This document shows, piece after piece, positions 34,207 to 42,148 of a stretch of DNA of 42,344 nt. The DNA is taken from positions 1 to 42,344 of IMG/VR virus record IMGVR_UViG_3300033417_000023. One strand, given 5' to 3'. A model generated the notes under the pieces. That model was not told where the DNA came from, ran no database searches, and saw only the letters and a program-made list of their open reading frames with translations. The stretch comes from a virus. Taxonomy: Duplodnaviria > Caudoviricetes. Made by a program: the position numbers and the translations under genes. The stretch's first letter is position 1. Each line of letters opens with the position of its first letter.

Positions 34207-35839
34207 GGAGCACCTTCAGAGCGGCTAGGATGCGTCGGTACAGATAGCGGCCATCTTCGTCTGCCAACTCCTCCGCGTTCCCGTCGTGTAGCTCCTCCAC
34301 AGCCCGCTGGATTCGGTCCTCGGCTGCGTCGCGCTCCTCACACAGCTCAGAAACCCGGGCGTTAGCTGCGGCCAATGCAGCCTGGCGGTCATAGTGACCG
34401 TGCAAATCGTCTTGCAGCTTCGCAATCCGCGCGTGCAGCGTTGCATGGCCCTCGCTCATAATCTCGGCGTGCTTCTCCGCCGCGTCGGCGCGGTCCTCGG
34501 CTGCGGTCGCACGCAACTCCAGGTCGTCTTTTCCCTCTAGCGCCTTGAGCGCGTTGTCGAACCCTCGCTCCGCCGCGTCGGCGCGGGCGTTGGCCTCCTT
34601 CGCCTGGTTCCAGAGCTCCAGACGATTGGATGCGTACAGTGTGGCGTCGGAATGCAGCTCCGCCTCCAGCTCCAGGGCGCGCTTCTCCGCTGCGTCGGCG
34701 CGGGCGTTGGCTGCGTTCACCTCCTGGACCCGGATCGCCAACTCTTCGGCGTACTCCGCAATCCGGGCGTTGGCTGCATCGCGCTCTTCCTCGCACGTCT
34801 CGAGCGTTTCTGAAGCCATGATTGCTCGCCCACGCTCACGGGCGCACTCTCGGGCCATGCTAGCACCCTGTTGCTCCAGCTCAGCAACCTTGGCGTTGGC
34901 TGCTTCCAGCTCGGCCAGCGTGGCAAGGTGTGATTGCTCCTCTCTGGACAGCGCTACAGTCATGCGCTCGTGGCCGGCAAGCATCCGCTCCAGATCCGCA
35001 ATCCGGGCGTCGGCTGCAAGCAACTGCCGCGCAGCTGAGTAGCATTTTTCGGTCAGCCCCTCGATGCGGGCGTTGGCTGCGTCGAGTAAGCCCTGCAACC
35101 GCACAAACTCCCCCGACAGCTGTTGCGTGGCACGCTCCTGCATGCGCAACTCCCTGAGCTTGGCCTTGCCCTCGGCGATGGCCGCCTGCTCCGCCTGCTC
35201 CGCCGTCTGCGCCGGGGCGGGGTCAGACATGGGGAAGTCTCTCAGCTCTAGCGGCTTCGCCGTATGGGTCGACGCGGGCTCTGGAAATACATCCGTAATC
35301 CACTCTGGCTCCGCCGTCTGCGCCGGGGCGGGCATCCCCACCGTGGTGTACTCGGCTGGCTTGAACAGATGTCCGCAACCCAGGCACAGGTGCGTCTTGT
35401 GCGGGCGCGTTGCCCAGTCGATACCTGTCATCGCGTCCAGCGTGTCCACGTGATGTAGCCCGCACTTCGGGCAATCCAGCTGCATCGGCACGGGGTTCGC
35501 CGTCTGCGCCGGGGCTGTGCCTCCTACCTCCGGGCAATCCGGGTCGTGATTGAACCCGCGCGCGTCGAACGTAGTTGTGACCCCGCACTTGTGGCACGTC
35601 TTGGCGCTGAGGGTCTGCGCCGGGGTGGGCTCGGTGAGGGCATCCACCAGCGCTACCGCCATATCCTTGTACGTAGGGGCATACTTGACGATGTCCCGCA
35701 CCCGCTCCAGCGCGTCGCGTTGCTCGTCGTGGATGCGTAGGAGCTTGAGCAGCAACGCTTCATCCTTGTAGCTCAAGTCAGCATCGGACCGGATCCTATC
35801 CAGTCGCGCCCGGTCCTCTGATGTTAGTTGTTCGGTCAT
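34196..35839 (-). CDS. modular Zn-ribbon and coiled-coil repeat protein
   Basis: PAQT-delimited modules (CHKC, CPKC...HLCLGC) followed by AANAR coiled-coil repeats; AAGGGGG RBS and ATGA coupling. Confidence 0.8.
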   Translation of the reverse strand: MTEQLTSEDRARLDRIRSDADLSYKDEALLLKLLRIHDEQRDALERVRDIVKYAPTYKDMAVALVDALTEPTPAQTLSAKTCHKCGVTTTFDARGFNHDPDCPEVGGTAPAQTANPVPMQLDCPKCGLHHVDTLDAMTGIDWATRPHKTHLCLGCGHLFKPAEYTTVGMPAPAQTAEPEWITDVFPEPASTHTAKPLELRDFPMSDPAPAQTAEQAEQAAIAEGKAKLRELRMQERATQQLSGEFVRLQGLLDAANARIEGLTEKCYSAARQLLAADARIADLERMLAGHERMTVALSREEQSHLATLAELEAANAKVAELEQQGASMARECARERGRAIMASETLETCEEERDAANARIAEYAEELAIRVQEVNAANARADAAEKRALELEAELHSDATLYASNRLELWNQAKEANARADAAERGFDNALKALEGKDDLELRATAAEDRADAAEKHAEIMSEGHATLHARIAKLQDDLHGHYDRQAALAAANARVSELCEERDAAEDRIQRAVEELHDGNAEELADEDGRYLYRRILAALKVLRGK

Positions 35840-36090
35840 GTATCCCCCTTATCCAGCTCGAGTTGCCCCGCCCTGTTGACGGCCCACCCGCCGACCACGG
35901 TCTGTCGCGGCGCGCTCATGTAGCCGCGTCGGTGGCACTCGAGCAGCTGATAGCGCGCTCCCGCCTTACCAATGCCGAGCTGATTGCCCACCTCCCGCTC
36001 GGAGGGTGAGCGGCCAAGCCGCTCGGTGAGCAGCGCTACCGCCTCGAGGGCTCGACGCTGCCCGGGTGTCAGTGGTCGTCGTTTCTTCAT
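35836..36090 (-). CDS. LexA-type winged-helix DNA-binding domain protein, no peptidase domain
   Basis: LTPGQRRALE...GRSPSEREVG..LG...A...L....RRGY matches the LexA N-terminal domain; 84 aa. Confidence 0.8.
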   Translation of the reverse strand: MKKRRPLTPGQRRALEAVALLTERLGRSPSEREVGNQLGIGKAGARYQLLECHRRGYMSAPRQTVVGGWAVNRAGQLELDKGDT

Positions 36091-36239
36091 GTGCAATTCG
36101 GGCTCACGAGAGAGAAGCTCGTCGAGGTCCCGCGCGCTGACAGGCCTTGCTCGAGCTGCCCGAGGTCCGTGTCTTCGGCCTCCCCGCCGCAACCGAGCGA
36201 CAGAGCGATTGTGAGTGCAGTCGTGATGAGTGTTTTCAT
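36087..36239 (-). CDS. 50-aa lipoprotein
   Basis: Not in the ORF track: MKTLITTALTIALSLG|CGGEAEDTDLGQLEQGLSARGTSTSFSLVSPNCT; ATGA-coupled to the LexA-like gene. Confidence 0.7.
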   Translation of the reverse strand: MKTLITTALTIALSLGCGGEAEDTDLGQLEQGLSARGTSTSFSLVSPNCT

Positions 36240-36248
36240 GTGGGCGTA

Positions 36249-36342
36249 CCCCTATCCCGAATGCATGCCGCACGCAAGAGGAATCGCATGTGGCGCTTTT
36301 CTGCGTGGCGAGGTTGACACGCCCGTCACGGCGTGACATCCG
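36249..36342. promoter_or_regulatory. divergent early promoters
   Basis: Leftward TTGCGT(36277-36272)-17-TAGGGG; rightward TTGACA(36314)-17-CATCCG-6 nt-ATG, with palindrome GTCACGGCGTGAC at 36325-36337. Confidence 0.55.
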
Positions 36343-36348
36343 TGGCGC

Positions 36349-37224
36349 ATGAGTTTCGTCAAACTTGACTGCGCCATCTTGCGCTCGACCACGTGGCTCG
36401 ACCGGCCAGCGCGAGAAGTCTTCATCACCGCTCTTCTGCTCGCTGAGCCGCGCGAGTTTTCAGAGCCCATTCCCCAGCTAAAGGTGGGAGTTATAGAGGA
36501 AACCGGGTGGGTGGTGCCGCCTGGCTGGTACGGGTTCGTGCCTGCCTCTGGCCCTGGCATCGTCGGCGCCGCCGTGGGGCTCCCTCATGACGAGGGCATG
36601 GCAGCGCTGACCAGGCTTGGTGCTCCGGAGCCGGAGAGCCGGTCACAGACCTTCGAGGGGCGTCGCATGGTCCGCATAGATGGCGGTTACCTGATACTCA
36701 ACTACATGAAACATCGAGAAAAAGACCATACGAGCCCGTTGCGTTCGGCTCGCTACCGCGAGCGTCTCAAGGTGGCGCGTGAGACACGGACAGACACGGA
36801 CACGTCACGGAATCACGCCGTGACATCACATACACGCGTTATGCCTAATCGATCTGCCTTCTGTGATCTGCCTTCTGGATCTGATCCGGAGGGGGTGCAG
36901 GGGGAACCCAAGAAACCGAAGCGCTCCAAGCCGCGCCGGGTACTGCCCGCGGACTTCGCACCGAACGCAGGCCACCGCTCGCTGGCGCTCGAGCTCGGGG
37001 TCTCCCTCGACGAGGAGTTTCCCAAGTTTGCCGAGCACCACCGCTACAAGGGCACTCTGGGGGCCGATTGGGACGCCGGGCTCCGGACGTGGCTCCGGAA
37101 CGCAAGGTCGTTCTCCGGTCAACGTCGTGCCAGCAATCGGCATCCAGCCTACAGCCAGCAGCAGGCCACCCAGGACCATCTAGCCGCCATGTACCGAGAG
37201 GCCGTGGCCAAGGAGGCGCAGTGA
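36349..37224 (+). CDS. replication initiator / replisome organizer
   Basis: FVKLD..IL.ST.W N-terminus, basic R.ARYRER helix, low-complexity repeat linker, DnaT-like C-terminus F.EHH...DWDAGLRTWLRN. Confidence 0.75.
   Translation: MSFVKLDCAILRSTTWLDRPAREVFITALLLAEPREFSEPIPQLKVGVIEETGWVVPPGWYGFVPASGPGIVGAAVGLPHDEGMAALTRLGAPEPESRSQTFEGRRMVRIDGGYLILNYMKHREKDHTSPLRSARYRERLKVARETRTDTDTSRNHAVTSHTRVMPNRSAFCDLPSGSDPEGVQGEPKKPKRSKPRRVLPADFAPNAGHRSLALELGVSLDEEFPKFAEHHRYKGTLGADWDAGLRTWLRNARSFSGQRRASNRHPAYSQQQATQDHLAAMYREAVAKEAQ
36781..36840 (+). repeat. putative origin iterons inside the initiator gene
   Basis: AGACACGGAC twice in tandem, then GTCACGG, TCACGCCGTGACATCAC. Confidence 0.5.
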
Positions 37225-37874
37225 CCAAGGTAGAAGCAATCCAGATCGTCGCCATGCTCAACGCGGCGTTCGGCCACTCCAGGCTGACCGCTCAAGGGTG
37301 CGATATCTATGTGGATATGGTCCAGGACCTGGGGTTTTCCCCGGCCAAAGAGGCCGTCCGGAGGCTCCTGTCCAAAGCCCGGTTCATGCCGACCATCGCC
37401 GAGATCCGAGAGACGGCTGCCGACGTGACGCTCGGCCCCGCCCGTTCCGGCGAGGAGGCCTACGCGATTCTGCTCCGGGCCATCGCGGCGTGTGGGTGGT
37501 GCTCGCCCCCGAAGTTCCGTGACCCGCACATCACCCGGGCCCTCGGGGTGTGGGGCTCGTGGGTGGACGTGTGTGCCTCGCCGGCGGACGACGCCGCCGG
37601 GCGCGCCCGGTTCATCGAGCTCTACGAGCAGAGCGCCAAGCGCGAACGGGCTGACGTGGTCGCCGGCAAGCCACTGCCCGCGCCTCGAGCGGGGCTGCGC
37701 GAGTTTGGTCCCCAGACGCCACCGGCGGCAAGAAAGCGTGCGCCAGAGCCGGAGCCCAGCGGCGCCGCGGCAATGGTCGTCGTGCCCGCTGCGCCGCGCC
37801 AGCGACAGGAGTCCCCGATCGCCGGCAAGCGTCTGTCTGCGGCTGACATCGACGCCGCTCTCGAGGGCCCATGA
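37221..37874 (+). CDS. replicative helicase loader/inhibitor (G39P-like)
   Basis: MTK.EA..IVAML.AAF...FMPTIAEIR motif; GTGA-coupled to the initiator. Confidence 0.75.
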   Translation: MTKVEAIQIVAMLNAAFGHSRLTAQGCDIYVDMVQDLGFSPAKEAVRRLLSKARFMPTIAEIRETAADVTLGPARSGEEAYAILLRAIAACGWCSPPKFRDPHITRALGVWGSWVDVCASPADDAAGRARFIELYEQSAKRERADVVAGKPLPAPRAGLREFGPQTPPAARKRAPEPEPSGAAAMVVVPAAPRQRQESPIAGKRLSAADIDAALEGP

Positions 37875-38125
37875 CCACCGCCCCCGCTGGCGATGGCCTC
37901 GCCGAGATGATCGAGACGGCAGCGTTCTGCTACGCAAGGCGCGAGCGCCTGGTGTGCGAGGACGGAACGATCGTTTGCCGAGCTTGTCGCGACCGCGAAG
38001 CGCTGCTGCCGAGTCTTCACTGCGGCGGGTGCCTGGGTGGGCACTACGCCGCGAAACGAATCACGAGCCCATCAACCCCCAACCGAGCACAGACCGCGGC
38101 TGACAAGAGCCGCGCCAAAGGATGA
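37871..38125 (+). CDS. small Cys-rich protein
   Basis: CRAC...CGGC; translationally coupled. Confidence 0.6.
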   Translation: MTTAPAGDGLAEMIETAAFCYARRERLVCEDGTIVCRACRDREALLPSLHCGGCLGGHYAAKRITSPSTPNRAQTAADKSRAKG

Positions 38126-38286
38126 CCATGGACACCAAAGCAAAAGAAGACGAGTTGGCCCGGCGAGCCAAAGTTGCCGAACGCGTGCGCGCATTGGAGG
38201 CGGCGAGCGCCGTCGGCACGGAAGCCGAGTTGCGCGTGCTGTCCAAAATCCTGGAGGAAGAAAAGCGTGCGCACTCCGCCGAGTGA
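38122..38286 (+). CDS. hypothetical helical protein (54 aa)
   Basis: Hand translation MTMDTKAKEDELARRAKVAERVRALEAA...; ATGA overlap. Confidence 0.5.
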   Translation: MTMDTKAKEDELARRAKVAERVRALEAASAVGTEAELRVLSKILEEEKRAHSAE

Positions 38287-38542
38287 CCTGGTGGATCGTT
38301 GCGACGCTGACCATGGCGGATGCGACGCGGAGCACGAAGTGTGCTTCTTTAACCGGCACATGCGCCTCTACGTCGCAGGGTGGATGCTTGGAGGCGACGA
38401 GGGCAGCGTGCGGCGCGCGCTCGAGCTCTACGAGGGATGCGGGCGAGCGCTGCTCGACAGGCCCGGGCGGCTCTCCACGGCCATGATTGCGGCTGAGGTC
38501 ATGCGGTTGCTTCCGCCGGATCCCGAAGGGGATGGGCGGTGA
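38267..38542 (+). CDS. hypothetical protein
   Basis: GGAGG before GTG 38267; C...GC...C..H motif. Confidence 0.5.
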   Translation: MRTPPSDLVDRCDADHGGCDAEHEVCFFNRHMRLYVAGWMLGGDEGSVRRALELYEGCGRALLDRPGRLSTAMIAAEVMRLLPPDPEGDGR

Positions 38543-38706
38543 GGGGGGCCCCAGCCCCGAAGGGAACCCGCTACCCGAGCGAGGCGGACACCGCCAACGC
38601 TTGCGCGCGGCGTGGCTGCTCGGCGCGCTGCCCCTGGTATCGCCTGCACTGCGAGCGCCACAGAGAGCCGGAGCAAGAGACCATGCCGTGGAGGGGTGAT
38701 GAGTAA
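38539..38706 (+). CDS. small Cys/His protein (55 aa)
   Basis: GTGA overlap; CARRGCSARC...HCERH. Confidence 0.5.
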   Translation: MRGAPAPKGTRYPSEADTANACARRGCSARCPWYRLHCERHREPEQETMPWRGDE

Positions 38707-38986
38707 GCATTCTCCAGAAACGCCACGTTCGCGCAATGCGCGTAATACGGGCACGCGCTGTCGTCACGCCAAGCTCGGTGAGGAGCCCAAGCGCGTCGCG
38801 TCCTACGGATGCATGACGCTCTATCAGTGCGCGGAGGCGCTTGGGGTCAGCCACGGCACGGTGGCAAACATCGAGAAGAGCGCGCTCGGAAAGCTGCGCG
38901 CGGCGCTGCTCACCGAAGAGGAGCGGGTCGAGCTGGTGCGTGCGTTGGGCTCGCTGGCTCGGCGCGGGCGAAAGGCCATGCGTTAA
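38699..38986 (+). CDS. stand-alone sigma70 region-4 HTH protein
   Basis: MTLYQCAEALGVSHGTVANIEKSALGKLR parallels the region-4.2 pattern TLEEVG..FGVTRERIRQIE.KALRKLR; GGAGG RBS. Confidence 0.75.
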   Translation: MSKHSPETPRSRNARNTGTRCRHAKLGEEPKRVASYGCMTLYQCAEALGVSHGTVANIEKSALGKLRAALLTEEERVELVRALGSLARRGRKAMR

Positions 38987-39001
38987 GACGCAACCCACCC
39001 C

Positions 39002-39030
39002 TTGACCGCGCGCCCTATGCGGGATAGGGT
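39002..39030 (+). promoter_or_regulatory. promoter of the recombination operon with overlapping operator
   Basis: TTGACC-17-TAGGGT-6 nt-ATG; inverted repeat CCCTAT-N5-ATAGGG at 39013-39029. Confidence 0.65.
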
Positions 39031-39036
39031 TATTGC

Positions 39037-39225
39037 ATGGAGTTTTTCTGCGACGCCTGCGGGGACATCTCGGCCGACATAACTCAGACCGGGAACATGA
39101 GCCGGTTGGACAACGTGCCGCACCGGTGCGACTCGTGCGGCGCGCCGGGGCACTTCAGCGTCGACTACGACCACGAGCAGGGATTCATTACCTGGGTTAA
39201 CGAGGGAACAAGCAATGAACAATGA
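39037..39225 (+). CDS. Zn-ribbon protein
   Basis: CDACG...CDSCG. Confidence 0.65.
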   Translation: MEFFCDACGDISADITQTGNMSRLDNVPHRCDSCGAPGHFSVDYDHEQGFITWVNEGTSNEQ

Positions 39226-39391
39226 TAGCACGACGCGCGAGCGTCAGACGATTCGCCCCCCATCGGGGCAGTGCATCAGCGCGACCGAACTGGACGCGCT
39301 GGCGGACCAGATGCAGCGGGACGGCTCGCGACTCATCGCCCGTGCGGCTGACTGCCGTGAGGTGGCGCGCAAGCTGCGGGGTGAGTCGTGA
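39215..39391 (+). CDS. hypothetical protein (58 aa)
   Basis: GAGG RBS; GTGA overlap with the nuclease gene. Confidence 0.55.
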   Translation: MNNDSTTRERQTIRPPSGQCISATELDALADQMQRDGSRLIARAADCREVARKLRGES

Positions 39392-40479
39392 CCAACCTGG
39401 TAACCATCCGCTGCTCGTCGCTGCCCATCGCCTTCAAGTGCCCCGGCGCGGTGCGACCGGCGGAGGTGCTCATCAACCCGACGAGCGACGCGGCCGAGAT
39501 GGGTACGGCCGCGCACGAGGTCTTGGCGGCGATGGTGCTGACCGGGTCCGTCGACTGGGATCTGGTCGGCGAGATCTCGCGCGTCAACGGCGTGGACCGC
39601 GCCGAGCTCGGGATGCTCGTGGCCAACGGCGCCAAGCTGTGGGAGCAGGTCAAGGGCAGCTTCCCCGAGCCTGACGTCGAGGTCGAGCTAGAGCACGGAA
39701 AGCTCACGGGGCACGCGGACATCATCGGGCACAGCCCACACGCGGTGCATGTTGGCGACTGGAAGACGGGCCACAAGGATGGGGACTACTCGCACCAGCT
39801 GCGCGGCTACGCGCTGCTGGCCCTCGCCGCGGACCCTGACGCGAAGTCCGCTACGGCATCGGTGCTGTGGGTGAGAGACGGGGAGGTCGAGCACTACGAG
39901 ATGACGCGCGCGGAGGCGGCCGACTGGGAGCGCCGGCTGCACGGCTCGGTCATCAATTGGGATGGCACCTACCGCCCCGGCTCGCATTGCGCGCACTGTC
40001 CGCGCAACCACGAGTGTCCCGCGGTCAACGCGATGGTGCGGCGCGACGTGGCGTGGATCGCCAACCTCGACGTAACGGAAGCGCTGGCACGACGGACGCC
40101 GCAAGAGAAGGTCGCGCTACTCGAGGTGGCCGACCACGTGGCAAAGGTGGCCGCGCGCGTCCGTGATGCTCTAAAGTCGGAGGTGCTCACGGGCGGCGAT
40201 ATCGTCGGCGAAGAGAAGTACCTCACGATCGTCTCCGAAGAGCGCCGCATGGTCGACACGCTGGCCGCGTTTCCGGTGCTGGAGGCCGCGGAGTTTGACG
40301 ATAAGGACTTCGCGGCGTGCATCACCATCAGTGGCAGCAAAGCCAAAGACGTGGTAGCGAAGCGAGCTGGCCGGGGGAAGGGTGCTGCGGCCGTGAGAGA
40401 GCTGGATGCGGCTCTCGATGCGGCGGGCGCGTACACGACGACGACGATCGAAAAACTAACTATCAAGAGGGTAACATGA
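39388..40479 (+). CDS. Cas4-like PD-(D/E)xK exonuclease
   Basis: CPG, GT.AH, E...GHAD...DWKTG, QLRGY, CxxCP...C (four-Cys Fe-S staple pattern); adjacent to recT. Confidence 0.85.
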   Translation: MTNLVTIRCSSLPIAFKCPGAVRPAEVLINPTSDAAEMGTAAHEVLAAMVLTGSVDWDLVGEISRVNGVDRAELGMLVANGAKLWEQVKGSFPEPDVEVELEHGKLTGHADIIGHSPHAVHVGDWKTGHKDGDYSHQLRGYALLALAADPDAKSATASVLWVRDGEVEHYEMTRAEAADWERRLHGSVINWDGTYRPGSHCAHCPRNHECPAVNAMVRRDVAWIANLDVTEALARRTPQEKVALLEVADHVAKVAARVRDALKSEVLTGGDIVGEEKYLTIVSEERRMVDTLAAFPVLEAAEFDDKDFAACITISGSKAKDVVAKRAGRGKGAAAVRELDAALDAAGAYTTTTIEKLTIKRVT

Positions 40480-41591
40480 GCGAACTAGCGAAGCGTGACG
40501 CGGGCCTGCTGGGCCTGCTCGAAAAGATGAAGCCGGCCATCGCGCAAGCGCTGCCCAAACACATATCGGCGGAGCGTATGGCGCGCATCGCCATGACCGC
40601 TGTGAGGTCCAACGCGCAGCTCGCGAAGTGCTCGCCGGTATCGTTCCTGGGTAGCCTGCTGCAGGCCAGTCAGCTCGGTCTCGAGGTGAACACGCCGCTC
40701 GGGCACGCCTACCTGATCCCATACAAAGACGTGGCAACCCTGGTCATCGGCTACCAGGGGATGCTTGACCTGGCGCGGCGCAGCGGGCTGGTCAAAGCCA
40801 TCTACGCGCACCCGGTCTTCGAGGGCGACGAGTTTGACTACGAGCTCGGCTTGGAACCCAAGCTCCGGCACAAGCCGAAGGAGCAGAGCGACGTCTTGAC
40901 GCACGTCTACGCCGTGGCGCGGCTGCTCACCGGTGAGCCAATCTTCACCGTGCTCACCCGAGCTAAAGTCGAGACATTCCGCGCGCGCTCGCGCGCCTCC
41001 GGGTCCGGGCCATGGGTGACGGACTTCGATGCGATGGCTATGAAGACGGCTGTGCGTAGGTTGTGGAGCTGGCTGCCAAAGAGCGCCGAGCAGGCGGTAG
41101 CGCAGCGCCTTGACGAGGCGCTAGAACGGGACGTTGACCAGCGCGAGCAATTCTCACCCGAGGTGCAAAGCGTGCTGGACACAGTATCCGAGGCGCCGGA
41201 GCCGACCCCAGCGCCCTCCCCCGTGCCCACCGGAACACCCGAGGGGCGCCGGGTGAAGATGCCCGGGCGGGCCAAGCCAGCGCCAGCAGCGGCAACTCCC
41301 GCCGGTGATCAGCCTAAGCAGGCGGATTCGTGGGGCAAAGCCCCAGAAACACCCGCTCCGTCGATCACCCCGCCACCCGTGGACGTGGCCGAGCTGCACC
41401 AGGCGCTCGGGGAGGTCGACCCCGACTGGGAGAGCGTGGGCACGGCGCGGATCGTCGACTGGAGCCAGGAACAGCAGCGCGCCGCCCTGCACTGGGCGCG
41501 AGCCGTGCTGCTGAACGCGCCGGGCACGATGAGCATCCAGGCGAACCGGCCGCCGTTTACGGTGCTCGGTCGCCAGCCGGGGGAGGACTGA
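40476..41591 (+). CDS. recT: RecT single-strand annealing protein with C-terminal extension
   Basis: ALPKH...QLGLE...GHAYLIPY...IGYQGMLDLARRSG, PW.TDFDAMA.KT..RRL...LPKS. Confidence 0.92.
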   Translation: MSELAKRDAGLLGLLEKMKPAIAQALPKHISAERMARIAMTAVRSNAQLAKCSPVSFLGSLLQASQLGLEVNTPLGHAYLIPYKDVATLVIGYQGMLDLARRSGLVKAIYAHPVFEGDEFDYELGLEPKLRHKPKEQSDVLTHVYAVARLLTGEPIFTVLTRAKVETFRARSRASGSGPWVTDFDAMAMKTAVRRLWSWLPKSAEQAVAQRLDEALERDVDQREQFSPEVQSVLDTVSEAPEPTPAPSPVPTGTPEGRRVKMPGRAKPAPAAATPAGDQPKQADSWGKAPETPAPSITPPPVDVAELHQALGEVDPDWESVGTARIVDWSQEQQRAALHWARAVLLNAPGTMSIQANRPPFTVLGRQPGED

Positions 41592-41595
41592 GCCC

Positions 41596-41814
41596 ATGAA
41601 ACCAGGATGGGCGGACCAGTTTGGGCGCGAGCTCGCCAGCACCTACAAGGGCCCAAAGCGGCGCGGCCAGAAGCCGGTGGTCTTCGAGTGCCTCTTTGCG
41701 CCGAGCACCAAGGAGCGGGTGGACGCCTCGCACCGGGGAGCGCGTAAGAGCGCGCGCACCAAGCAGATGGGGCAAGCGCTGGACCGGGCGCTAGGAGCGA
41801 TTGACGAGGACTAA
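41596..41814 (+). CDS. hypothetical basic protein
   Basis: GGAGG upstream; fills the gap after recT. Confidence 0.5.
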   Translation: MKPGWADQFGRELASTYKGPKRRGQKPVVFECLFAPSTKERVDASHRGARKSARTKQMGQALDRALGAIDED

Positions 41815-41848
41815 CCAGCGCCTGGCGCTGCAAACGAAAGGGAGAAAT

Positions 41849-42148
41849 ATGGCAACCAAGAAGAAGACAGCCCGCAGAATCGTTCTCGTGCGCTCGCGTG
41901 ACTCCGGTGTCTGGATGGGTGTGTTTCGTGGCTACCACGGATCTGGCGAGGTGACGTTGTCCAGCGCGCGCAAGATCTGGCGATGGCGCGGAGCGCATAC
42001 TACGAGCGAGCTAGCCCTACACGGATGCGTGCCCGAGTACTCGCGCGTAGCGGAGCCCGTTGACACGACCGTCTACGGGTGCTGTGAAATGATTGAGAGC
42101 AACGAGGCGGCCTTCGCCGCCGTGAACGCTTGCGGGTGGGCACCGTGA
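41849..42148 (+). CDS. conserved phage protein (DUF6948-like)
   Basis: GGAG RBS; VLVRS..SGVW.G...ARKIWRW.GA...SELA..G pattern. Family name is recalled, not searched. Confidence 0.6.
   Translation: MATKKKTARRIVLVRSRDSGVWMGVFRGYHGSGEVTLSSARKIWRWRGAHTTSELALHGCVPEYSRVAEPVDTTVYGCCEMIESNEAAFAAVNACGWAP

Noticed and set aside
39388-40479. Cas4 as part of a CRISPR-Cas system
   Set aside because: No array or other cas genes; adjacency to recT indicates a recombination exonuclease.
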